Source: an uncultured Dermabacteraceae bacterium (lineage in GTDB: Bacteria; Actinomycetota; Actinomycetes; Actinomycetales; Dermabacteraceae). Taken from it: a stretch of 64,000 bases of DNA. Each line of letters starts with the position of its first letter. Within the stretch, counting starts at the first letter, position 1. The stretch lies in assembly GCA_943913905.1 (NCBI GenBank), contig CALTZZ010000001.1, forward strand, positions 24,542 to 88,541, read 5' to 3'. Of the stretch, positions 10,256-19,132 are shown piece after piece. The notes beneath the pieces were generated by a model. It had not been told where the DNA came from. It made no database searches and was given only the letters and a program-made list of their open reading frames with translations. The translations under genes and the position numbers were made by a program.

Positions 10256-11352
10256 GCGATCACGCGGACGGCGCCCGCATACTCGTCGTTCGGGTCCGCC
10301 GCCTCGAGAGCGATGACCTCGACGCTGCGTGAGGAGTTCGGGGCGTGCATGATCTTCCCATCGCCCACGTACACGCCCACGTGGCGGATCGAGCTTCCAC
10401 CTGGTTCCGTCGCGAAGAACACGAGGTCACCGCGCTTCAAGTCATCTCGTTCCACGAACGGCAAATCAGAGTGGTTGAGCTGATCTCCCGCATCGCGTGC
10501 GATGTGAACGCCGTGGTGGCGGAAGATCGAATAGGTGAAACCGGAGCAGTCGAACCCGTACGCGCTCATTCCCGCCCACAGGTAGCGCAGGCCCAGGAAT
10601 CGTTCGCCCGTCTCAATCACCTGCTCGATGGTCGCGGGTGGCAGCGATTCGCCCTGGTTAAGCACGCGTGCATCTGCGCTCGGCACGAAGCCAACCTCGC
10701 CGGTGGGAAGCGCGACCTTGAGCGCCTTGCCCGTTTCGCCGAGCACGGGCAGTTCCGTGTTGAAAGAAGCGTTGGTGATCGGATGCTTGCCCGACGGCGT
10801 TGTGGCAACCGTGGCTTTGAGTGCCGTGATCGTCGCGATCGGGCTGCTCTCCACGAGTGACGCGAACTCGTCGTTGCGCACCACGTGCCCCGCGGGAACC
10901 CATCCCGGGTAGCCGCGCTTATCGCGCGGGGTGGGTTGCTGCGGTACCACGATCTTTGCCCACCCGTCGCGCACCTCATCCACGATCACGCGCGCGCCCA
11001 GTAGCGACTGCGATTCGAGGTTTCCGATCAGCCAGTCGCGTGACTCCGTGGTCGCCATGTTCGCGTTCCATTGATCGGGGACCGACGGCGTGGCCACGCA
11101 CGGGGCGTCAACCGTGGGCCTGTGGATTTTCGGCTCTACCCACATTGTTGAGGTGATCACGGAGGTGAAGGCCTCGTCGCCGGCCTTCGGTTCTACCGCT
11201 TTCCCGGCACGGTCGGGCCCACCGGCGGTGGGGGCCGCGGTTTTTGCCGCATTGGCGGTTCCTGCCGTCGCGATTCCGGCAATCGCGGTGAGACCGCCTG
11301 CGATTGCTGCTCGGCGGCTGATAGGGCCAGTGACATACGTGTGCTGATCCAT
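10252..11352 (-). CDS. NlpC/P60 (C40) peptidase with Tat signal, a gamma-D-Glu-L-diamino-acid endopeptidase candidate
   Basis: Tat motif SRRAAIAGGL. C-terminal NlpC/P60 catalytic block FDCSGFTYSIF...H. ATG 11352 is preceded by an AAGGAG RBS. Confidence 0.85.
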   Translation of the reverse strand: MDQHTYVTGPISRRAAIAGGLTAIAGIATAGTANAAKTAAPTAGGPDRAGKAVEPKAGDEAFTSVITSTMWVEPKIHRPTVDAPCVATPSVPDQWNANMATTESRDWLIGNLESQSLLGARVIVDEVRDGWAKIVVPQQPTPRDKRGYPGWVPAGHVVRNDEFASLVESSPIATITALKATVATTPSGKHPITNASFNTELPVLGETGKALKVALPTGEVGFVPSADARVLNQGESLPPATIEQVIETGERFLGLRYLWAGMSAYGFDCSGFTYSIFRHHGVHIARDAGDQLNHSDLPFVERDDLKRGDLVFFATEPGGSSIRHVGVYVGDGKIMHAPNSSRSVEVIALEAADPNDEYAGAVRVIA

Positions 11353-11362
11353 GGAGAACTCC

Positions 11363-12490
11363 TTACGGTGTTGGATCCTCGAGATATTCCAGGCCAAGGC
11401 CAGCGCCACCCATAAGAGTCAGGGTTCCGTTGGCCTCGCGATACCCGCCGTTCGGCACGTTGCGTGCGAACCATGCGGGTGAGTCCAGGTCGATCATCGT
11501 GACGGCGGGGTGTGCGAGTGCGAGGTGGGCAGCGGCCGTGATGGAGATTCGTGGCTCCATCATGGCCCCCACCATGCATTCGATCCCTGCGTCGTGGGCG
11601 ATCCTGGCAATGTCGAGGGCCGGTTGTAGCCCTCCCGTTTTCGCGAGCTTGATGTTGAACAGATGTGCGGCCCCTGCATCGATGAGCTGGGCGGCGTCGG
11701 CGGGTGACCACAGCGATTCGTCGGCCATAATCGGAATCGGCGACTCGCGGGTGACGCGAGCGAGACCGTCAATGTCGCCCGCGGGAACGGGTTGTTCCAC
11801 GAGGTCAATCGGTAGACCGTCGGCCGAGAGGCGCGCGATCAGCTCAACAGCCTCACCGGCGCTCCATCCCTGGTTCGCGTCGAGGCGGAGGCGCGCATCG
11901 GGCACGGCCTCCACAACAGCGGCGAGCCTTCGCCGGTCCTGCTCGGGGTCATTGCCAAGCTTGATCTTGAGAATCCGCACTCCCGTGGCGGCAGCATCGC
12001 GCGCACGGTCCGCCATCACTCGTGGGTCATCGAGGCTCACGGTCATGTCATTCGCAATGCCCGCACCCAGGTCCAGAGCTTCCCACGGACCAAACTGGGG
12101 CAATGCCGCAAGCAGCTCCCCCATCGAGACCCCGCGGGACCGCGCGACCGCATCGTGCAATGCAACATCAGCGGCAGCCTTCGCACTCGTAGCCCCCGAA
12201 AGCGCATCCCCGATCGAGGAAGCAAGCGTAGAAAGGTCGCCGTCGGCCCCCTGGAGTGCTTTCGCCAGCGGACCATGCACGGCCTCCACGATGGTGGCAG
12301 CGCTCTCCCCCGTCACCTTGACGGTTTCCGCAGCGGACCCCTGGCCGACGGAAACTTCACCGTCATCGCCACGAAGCTCGAGAGTGACGACCACATACTC
12401 CACATGGTCGGTGCGCCGCGCCGCCGTGATGAACGGCCTGGTCAGAGGCGAAGAATGGACAGTGGCCTTGATCGATTCGACCCGCATCAC
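11363..12490 (-). CDS. enolase-superfamily dipeptide (L-Ala-D/L-Glu) epimerase
   Basis: Muconate-lactonizing-enzyme-like fold with KIKLG...DANQGW...DLVEQP...ADES motifs. Sits next to an NlpC/P60 gene, as in the B. subtilis ykfB/ykfC arrangement. Confidence 0.8.
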   Translation of the reverse strand: MMRVESIKATVHSSPLTRPFITAARRTDHVEYVVVTLELRGDDGEVSVGQGSAAETVKVTGESAATIVEAVHGPLAKALQGADGDLSTLASSIGDALSGATSAKAAADVALHDAVARSRGVSMGELLAALPQFGPWEALDLGAGIANDMTVSLDDPRVMADRARDAAATGVRILKIKLGNDPEQDRRRLAAVVEAVPDARLRLDANQGWSAGEAVELIARLSADGLPIDLVEQPVPAGDIDGLARVTRESPIPIMADESLWSPADAAQLIDAGAAHLFNIKLAKTGGLQPALDIARIAHDAGIECMVGAMMEPRISITAAAHLALAHPAVTMIDLDSPAWFARNVPNGGYREANGTLTLMGGAGLGLEYLEDPTP

Positions 12491-13638
12491 AGCCCCGACA
12501 TCAGTTGCGCGCCGGTGAGGCCCACCCAGGTGCCGAGCACGGCACCGATGAGCCCATACAGGACGCCCACGGGAGCAAGAGTCTTGCTATATGCGGCGGC
12601 CACGACAGGCGCGGATGCCACACCACCGATGTTGGCCGTGGACGCGACCGCGATCGAGAACAGTTCGGTCTTCGTGAGCTTCGCGTACGCGACCATGATG
12701 ACGGCGTGAATCAGGAGCACAATGAGGCCCACGAGGAGGTAGACCGGGGCCTGGGTCAAGGCCGAGAAGTCGGAATCCGCCGCGATCGTGCCGATCACGA
12801 TGAACAGCATGAGGGTCGCAACCTCGTCCGAACTCGCGATCTTGCCCAGCGGGGTCTGCGCCACGATCAGGCCCAGGACCGAAACAATGATGATGGTCCA
12901 GGCGCTCGCGTTCAGCACTTCGCCAACCTCGGGCAGAAGCTCACCGAGCCAGATCGAGAAGCATGCCACGGCGATGGAACCGAATGCCACTGTGGCGAGC
13001 GATTCGAGCGTGATCGGCTTCTTGTCTTCCGCCAGTTCCTCAATGTGGCGAGTGAGGTAGGAATCCTTCGCGCGGGTGAAGCGGTTGAAGCGGTCAGAGA
13101 CGGCAACAGAGGAAAACATCGCCATGAGCCACAGTGAGTACACAATCGTGTCGGTAATGAGGGCGTAGCCGAAGAGAGATTCGGGTCCCTTCACGATCTC
13201 CTGCACGGCGACCATGTTCGCGCTGCCGCCGGTCCACGAACCGAGCAGTGCGCCAAGGGTCTTCCACGAGTCTTCACCAAGCGCCCCTTGGAACGGAATG
13301 TAGACGAGAACCATCGCGGCGAACAGCGACGCGGACGCTACAGCCATCGTGAGGAGCAGCTTGGGCCCCAGTTTGATGATTTGCCGTAAGTCGCAACCGA
13401 ACAGGAACAAAAAGATCATTGCGGGCAGCGCAACGTCTTTGATCGATCCCATAGCCGCCCGGGTTTCGTCTGCTTCGCCGAATACGCCGAGCGAGTTGAG
13501 GGCCGCGCACACGAGGTACATGAGCACCATGCCGGGGACGTACTTGAAGAACTTCGAGCCTGTGGTGCGCTCGAGCACAATGAGGATGGCAGCGAGCCCT
13601 AAGAGGACTCCCACCATCACGAGGCCATCAGTAATCAC
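12487..13638 (-). CDS. DUF819-family polytopic membrane protein (putative transporter)
   Basis: Highly hydrophobic and of DUF819 (YjcL-like) size. Probable GTG start at 13638 after an AAGGAGA RBS. The track ORF extends to 13773. Stop overlaps the epimerase start. Confidence 0.7.
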   Translation of the reverse strand: MITDGLVMVGVLLGLAAILIVLERTTGSKFFKYVPGMVLMYLVCAALNSLGVFGEADETRAAMGSIKDVALPAMIFLFLFGCDLRQIIKLGPKLLLTMAVASASLFAAMVLVYIPFQGALGEDSWKTLGALLGSWTGGSANMVAVQEIVKGPESLFGYALITDTIVYSLWLMAMFSSVAVSDRFNRFTRAKDSYLTRHIEELAEDKKPITLESLATVAFGSIAVACFSIWLGELLPEVGEVLNASAWTIIIVSVLGLIVAQTPLGKIASSDEVATLMLFIVIGTIAADSDFSALTQAPVYLLVGLIVLLIHAVIMVAYAKLTKTELFSIAVASTANIGGVASAPVVAAAYSKTLAPVGVLYGLIGAVLGTWVGLTGAQLMSGL

Positions 13639-13805
13639 GCTTGTCTCCTTTGAAAACAGTGCGGACAGGGGGAAAGGATGCACAAAGCGCAGGCACGTGC
13701 CCGCCCCTTGTATGTGAGGCGGCGCCCGTGTCTGCGCTTTGAATGGGTCCGGTACCGGTGAGGGTCCGGGCATTCGCCGGCGACCGGCGAGTATGACGTT
13801 GTGTG

Positions 13806-14174
13806 TTAGCGCCCCTGCTCGATGGCTCGAATCTCGCGGTACTTGGAGGCGGCATTACGCACGGAGGCGGACAACGCTCGCTGTGAGGAACCGTGGTATC
13901 TCGAATCGATCATGCGGAGCAGGGCGTCGGTGTCCAGAATCGAACGCTCTACGAGGAGGCTGCGCACGAAGTCGCGCGTGAGCGCGAGGGTTGCTGAACA
14001 CTCTGCGTCCTGGATTGTGTGCGTTGCGGGGTCTACAACGAGCCCCACAAAGAACAATCCCCAGGTGTTGGTTATTGGGTTATTGGTGGGGGCTTTGGCT
14101 TCCCCGGTGAGGTAAATTGCCTCGTCGGAGATAGTGACCTCGCGGCCATTGTGACCTAAGTCCCACTGATTCAT
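13806..14174 (-). CDS. hypothetical protein, possibly DUF3870-like, first gene of the epimerase operon
   Basis: ATG 14174 (MNQWDLGHNGREVTISDEAIYLTGEAKAP...). The family assignment is from memory and is weak. Confidence 0.45.
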   Translation of the reverse strand: MNQWDLGHNGREVTISDEAIYLTGEAKAPTNNPITNTWGLFFVGLVVDPATHTIQDAECSATLALTRDFVRSLLVERSILDTDALLRMIDSRYHGSSQRALSASVRNAASKYREIRAIEQGR

Positions 14175-14362
14175 GGGTGTAACTGTATCCCACGGAACGT
14201 GTTTTTTCTGCTCCCGTTCCACGCGCTGAACACCCGTATAACCCCATCGGGGCGAGTGCTATTCGCCACGAAGGGGGCCTACACCCCTTTCTTCGTGGTT
14301 TATTTTTCTACTACTTTGGCAGCTCGTGACCGCACGCATTCACGCTCCACGGAAGGACCCCC

Positions 14363-14863
14363 ATGGCAGTCGCCACCGCATACCGCCACTCGATTCTTCG
14401 CGATCTTGGACTCCTGCTCGCACGCGTAGCCATCGGCGCCATCTTCATCGCACACGGCTCCCAGAAAATCTGGGAGTGGACACTCGGCGGCACTGCCCAG
14501 AGCTTTGCAGACATGGGAGTTCCCTTCTCCTCCATCGCGGGCCCCGCCGTCGCCATCCTCGAATTCGCAGGCGGCATTGTGCTCATCCTGGGCACCTTCA
14601 CCCCCTGGGTAGGAATCGCCCTCGCCATCAACATGGCCGTCGCCGCATTCATCGCGCACGTTCCGAACGGGGTCTTCGCCGATAACGGCGGCTGGGAGCT
14701 CGTCGGAGCACTCGGTGCCGCTGCCCTGGCCCTCGCGGCCGCTGGCGCTGGCCGCATCTCCCTCGACTACCTCGCATGGGGCCGACGCCGCGACAAGCGC
14801 GCCCGTGCCGAAGCGTCCTCGGACGGACGCCGTCGTGCCGAAGACGGCTCAGTCGCCGCCTAA
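14363..14863 (+). CDS. DoxX-family membrane protein
   Basis: DLGLLLARVAIGAIFIAHGSQKI... with four TM helices, typical of DoxX. Confidence 0.8.
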   Translation: MAVATAYRHSILRDLGLLLARVAIGAIFIAHGSQKIWEWTLGGTAQSFADMGVPFSSIAGPAVAILEFAGGIVLILGTFTPWVGIALAINMAVAAFIAHVPNGVFADNGGWELVGALGAAALALAAAGAGRISLDYLAWGRRRDKRARAEASSDGRRRAEDGSVAA

Positions 14864-14888
14864 CCCGACGCTTCATCACCACCAAGAA

Positions 14889-14926
14889 GGGCGGCCCCAC
14901 ACACCATGTGCGGGGCCGCCCTTTTT
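14889..14926 (+). terminator. Rho-independent terminator after the DoxX gene
   Basis: gggcggcccc / ggggccgccc 10-bp stem followed by ttttt. Confidence 0.7.
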
Positions 14927-15191
14927 GCTGCTGCCGGTCGCAATTGCCACCAGCTCCGCTTGGCCGACTTACCCGGCTCCCGGAGGTCGCTCCGACCACT
15001 CCCCTACCCGGCACCTTTATCCGCTGGCCCCGACCAACACCCCGTATCGGGTCACCACCTGCTGACCCCGGCCACCGCTCACCTGCCCCACGCCTCCTCC
15101 CACTTGCCCTCGCTCCCGCAGCCCCGCGACAATGGAGGTAGGAGCTGGGCAATGGATGCGTCGGCTCACACCGACGTGAGGAGCAACAAGA

Positions 15192-15935
15192 GTGACATCG
15201 GCATACCCCGCGCCGCAGCAGCCGGCATCCCATCCAAGCCCCGCGAAACCCGGCCGACCACGGTGGGTCCTCCCCACGATCCTCGGTTGCGGATGCCTCA
15301 CCCTCCTCATCGTCGTCGCGGTCATCGTCGCGCTCGTCATGTGGCTCATGTCCACAGACCAGTTCACGCCCGGCGTTCAAGCGGAAACACAGCGCCTCAC
15401 CTTCACCATCCCGGAGAGATGGGAAGAAGGAGACATCTCCCACGTCACCAGTGTTCGCGGCGACGGCTACACGATCCACGAACAAAAACTATGGGAATGG
15501 AACGAAAACGCCGACGACCCTATGGCCCGCGAGATCGCCAACTATCAGTTCTACGGCCAAGACCCACAACCGCGAACCACGAAAGCCAGCGAATCCGCGA
15601 TTGACCAAGCAATCGACGAGGGCATCAAGAATGTCTCCAACGCTTCGGAGCAGGAACTCCTCTCAACCCTGAGCACACAGGGGCACGGCTGCTTTTCAGA
15701 TGCCCGAATAGTGGGAGACGTGACCCGCATCGACAACGACGACCTGACCGGCCTCATGTTCACGTTCGACTGCGTGGGCTCCCAAACAGGGCAACTCGGA
15801 ATCCGCGGCGTTTACGGGCAGTACCTCGACGAATACGGCGACCGGCACCTCATCACAGTCACCACCGACACCGAGAACTTCAAAAAGAAAGAAGACGAGT
15901 TCCGTGCCGTGGTGAAAGAGATCGAAGTGAAGTAG
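15192..15935 (+). CDS. hypothetical membrane-anchored protein
   Basis: Pro-rich N-terminus, one TM helix (LTLLIVVAVIVALVMWLM), then a soluble domain of unknown function. Confidence 0.5.
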   Translation: MTSAYPAPQQPASHPSPAKPGRPRWVLPTILGCGCLTLLIVVAVIVALVMWLMSTDQFTPGVQAETQRLTFTIPERWEEGDISHVTSVRGDGYTIHEQKLWEWNENADDPMAREIANYQFYGQDPQPRTTKASESAIDQAIDEGIKNVSNASEQELLSTLSTQGHGCFSDARIVGDVTRIDNDDLTGLMFTFDCVGSQTGQLGIRGVYGQYLDEYGDRHLITVTTDTENFKKKEDEFRAVVKEIEVK

Positions 15936-15954
15936 CCGCCATCGACACCAACAC

Positions 15955-15997
15955 AGATGCACCGGCCCCGACCGAGCGAGAAACCGGTGCATCTTTG
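15955..15997. terminator. hairpin between convergent genes, likely a bidirectional terminator
   Basis: agatgcaccgg / ccggtgcatct 11-bp perfect stem followed by tttg. Confidence 0.5.
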
Positions 15998-16059
15998 CGT
16001 GTATTCAGGTGCGGCATTCGGCGCAGAGCGTTCGACGCCCTGAGCCGGCCGCGCGGGGA

Positions 16060-17742
16060 TTACTCCACGCGCAGCGCCTCAGTGCTGAACGCCGTTGTGC
16101 GCCCGTGGAACTGGACGGGGAGGCGCAGGTCATCCTCGTGGCCGTCATAGCGCTTCTTCGTGTCGTATTCGGAGGCCCCGAAGTCATCGAGGTGAGCGGA
16201 ATACGTGTCGATCGCTACCTCGCCCTTGTCCAGGTCAAACTGCAGGAGGCGGAAGAAGCTCGCACCGAAGCGCAGACGCCACTCGGGTGAATACCAGCTG
16301 ATCTCATCCAGGCCGAGCTCTTCGGCACTTACTTTGTAGAACTGGTAGTCGGCAAGCAGCTCCGTCACGTTATTGCCCGGTTCGCCCACGTCCTTGCGCA
16401 CGCCAACACTCACGCCGTGTTCGTGACCGGAGAGGACCAGAGCCACGTTCGGGCTGCGCTCCAGGATGCGGTCGTTGATCATCTGGCCGTCGTGGGAGAA
16501 CTCTCCGCCGCGTCCGTCGGGCTGATCGCTGGGCTTGCGGTGGGCATGAGTAAGAACGATCGCGTTGCGGGTGGAGTACTGGTCGAGCACGCGTGCCGCC
16601 CAGTCCGCCTCTTCCTGCGTGACGTCGTAGGAAAGATTGACCGTGATGGAGTCTTGGCCGCCTGCGGTGAAAAGTGTGTAGCTGTTCTGGTTATCGCCCG
16701 GCTTCCACGCGTGATAATCCGCCCCCGCGGCCTTCCACGAATCGGAATCGTCGAGCTTTTCGTAGCGCTCCGGCCCGAAGGTCTGGTTGTAGAGGCTGTC
16801 CGGGCCCACGTCCCGGCCTGAACGATTGTCGTGATTGCCCGCCACTACCGCGTGCGGAATACCGGTGTCTTCCAGCTTCTTCTGCGCCTGGTCGGCGAAC
16901 GCGAACTCCTTCTCCGCAGTCCGACGAACAACATTAACTTCGTGCCAGTTCTCAATAATGTCGCCGGTGTGCGCCACAAACTGGATGTTCCGCTTGTCCT
17001 TATTTTCGGCAATCCACCGGTACGTGTCGGTGTACGCGTTCGCCCACACCTTCCGTTCGGCGGCATTCGGCTTATGGGTGGCCCCCTCGGTCAAATACTG
17101 GGTGTCCGTGAGGTGCACGAGCGAGAAGTCATATTCCGACGGATCTTCGAAGGAATCCTTCACGGGAGCACGGAGATCATCCGCGAAGGGGTCGGTGCCC
17201 AGCACGATGACCTTGGCCTTCCCGTCCACATTGTTCTGCTCCTTAAGGGCGCCTTCCACGCGAATAGTGCGGTCAGCCTCTCCCCTGCTCGACCCCAGCA
17301 CCTCGTATCGGTCGGTATCGGTGTTGTACGCGAGCAGCTGCACTTCGCGCGACGGATCCACGCGCCCGCTCCACACGGCCTTCTGCCCCGCACCGTCGAA
17401 TCGAAGTTCCGTCGAGAGCGCCGGCATCTGCTCACTTGCGTCGGTGTCGAACATGGCACCATCGCCTGGCTTGAGCGGGTCTTTCACAGGCGCCGCGTCG
17501 CTCACCTGAATGTCTCCGCGCAGGCCGTCCTCGGCCGTAAACTCCTTCGCCGGAATCCAGCCGTGTACCGCACCCGCAGCCTGTGTCTTGGCAGCATTCA
17601 CCGGGGCCGACGGCAGCGGACCGCCCGCCGTTGCCGGAACCAGAGGGCACAGCGATACCCCAATCGCTGCCGCGAGCGACATCGAGAGAGCAGCACGGTT
17701 AAGGAGAGAACGGTGAACGGGCTGATGTGAAGACTGAAGCAC
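16060..17742 (-). CDS. secreted metallophosphoesterase (calcineurin-like)
   Basis: Signal peptide. Motifs LVHLTDTQY...GDIIENW...GNHD of the metallophosphatase fold. Confidence 0.8.
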   Translation of the reverse strand: MLQSSHQPVHRSLLNRAALSMSLAAAIGVSLCPLVPATAGGPLPSAPVNAAKTQAAGAVHGWIPAKEFTAEDGLRGDIQVSDAAPVKDPLKPGDGAMFDTDASEQMPALSTELRFDGAGQKAVWSGRVDPSREVQLLAYNTDTDRYEVLGSSRGEADRTIRVEGALKEQNNVDGKAKVIVLGTDPFADDLRAPVKDSFEDPSEYDFSLVHLTDTQYLTEGATHKPNAAERKVWANAYTDTYRWIAENKDKRNIQFVAHTGDIIENWHEVNVVRRTAEKEFAFADQAQKKLEDTGIPHAVVAGNHDNRSGRDVGPDSLYNQTFGPERYEKLDDSDSWKAAGADYHAWKPGDNQNSYTLFTAGGQDSITVNLSYDVTQEEADWAARVLDQYSTRNAIVLTHAHRKPSDQPDGRGGEFSHDGQMINDRILERSPNVALVLSGHEHGVSVGVRKDVGEPGNNVTELLADYQFYKVSAEELGLDEISWYSPEWRLRFGASFFRLLQFDLDKGEVAIDTYSAHLDDFGASEYDTKKRYDGHEDDLRLPVQFHGRTTAFSTEALRVE

Positions 17743-17936
17743 GGCAACAAACTCCTGTGGTGCGAAGGCGACAACGCCGACGCCACTCCCGCACCCGTGC
17801 GGTCATTCGCCCCGGCGATCCCGCCCAGAACGCGCGGGACTCCACCACCGTGCCAACCACCGTCAAGCACCAGGTTACGAACGGTGAATTTCTGGAGAAC
17901 TATCGAGTTACGAACTGGTAACGCGAAGCCTCATAC

Positions 17937-18269
17937 TCACGCAAAGTTCACGAGCAGCACAAACGCAAGAGTTCCGGCCCCCACGCTCAGCAGCGTCCGT
18001 CGGCCCCCAAGAAGGTGCACCACGACCGTGACCGCGCTCGCGATAAGCGCATGCGGGAGAGCGCCGGGGTACGACGTGACGGCACCACGGAACGTGGAAA
18101 GCGCCAGGATGACGAGGATGCCGGCGGGCATCCACACGGCCATGGCCTGCACCGCAACCGAGCGCCGCAACGGCTCCAAAATGGCAAACGGGACCGCTCG
18201 CAGCGCGAACGTGATCACGCCCGCAACGATAAGGGCCGCGAACATGTAGCCGAGTGATACGTCAGGCAC
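17937..18269 (-). CDS. azlD: AzlD-family branched-chain amino acid exporter subunit
   Basis: 110 aa, 4 TM, overlaps the upstream AzlC gene by 8 nt. Confidence 0.75.
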   Translation of the reverse strand: MPDVSLGYMFAALIVAGVITFALRAVPFAILEPLRRSVAVQAMAVWMPAGILVILALSTFRGAVTSYPGALPHALIASAVTVVVHLLGGRRTLLSVGAGTLAFVLLVNFA

Positions 18270-18987
18270 CGTCGGCCTCCTTGTCTGGCGCTGCCTCGCC
18301 GGGGAGCGGACGCGTGAGGCGGGCCGTCACCCCGTACCGGATGGCGAGGGCAACCATGAAGCCACACATTCCTACGAAGAGCGCCTGGCCCGGCACAACG
18401 TAGAGCGCAATAGCGAAACTCACCACGCCCAGCAGCAGGGATGGCAGTTGTGCCTTCGTGCGGCAGGCATCGAGCGCGAGCGTAATAAACAGTGCACACA
18501 GCGCGAAGTCCAAGCCACGGATCTGACCGGGGATCACGAGCGAAAACGCCACCCCGATCAAGCCGCCGCCCACCCAGTACACCTGGAGCGCCGCCTGCAT
18601 CGCGATGATCCGTCGCGTGTTCCACCCCGACGGATGCGCCGCCGTGACCGCGAAAATCTCGTCGGTCAGCGAATACATCGAATACAGCTTCAGCAGCCGC
18701 CCCTTCACCAGGTGCAGCGGGAACGAAAACGCGTAAAACACGTGACGGAAGTTCACGAGGAGGGTGGTGAGGGCGATGGTGGCGAGCGGCGTTGAAGCGG
18801 TAATCAAACCAATGAGCAGCAGCTCGAGCGATCCCGCATACGCGAACGTGGACAGGGCAGGAGCCATCCACCACGGCAGCCCCGACTGCACCACAAGCAA
18901 ACCGAAAGCGGTCCCCATGGGGACCATGCCGAGGCATGCGGCAAGCGACTGCCGCATCCCAAACGCCACATCATCCCAAAACGTCAC
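18262..18987 (-). CDS. azlC: AzlC-family branched-chain amino acid exporter subunit
   Basis: 241 aa polytopic protein with AzlC-like N-terminal region, paired with azlD. Confidence 0.8.
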   Translation of the reverse strand: MTFWDDVAFGMRQSLAACLGMVPMGTAFGLLVVQSGLPWWMAPALSTFAYAGSLELLLIGLITASTPLATIALTTLLVNFRHVFYAFSFPLHLVKGRLLKLYSMYSLTDEIFAVTAAHPSGWNTRRIIAMQAALQVYWVGGGLIGVAFSLVIPGQIRGLDFALCALFITLALDACRTKAQLPSLLLGVVSFAIALYVVPGQALFVGMCGFMVALAIRYGVTARLTRPLPGEAAPDKEADGA

Positions 18988-19132
18988 GGACCTATTTTTC
19001 CAAAGGCGCCGCGACCAGGCGATTCAGCCTCAGGACTCCTGCCCGAAACTGCGGACCCCGACTGATGGTGCAGGTAGAACCGTGTTTGTGTACCGTAGCG
19101 AAGACCCCGCACTCTCAACCCCCGGGAGAACG

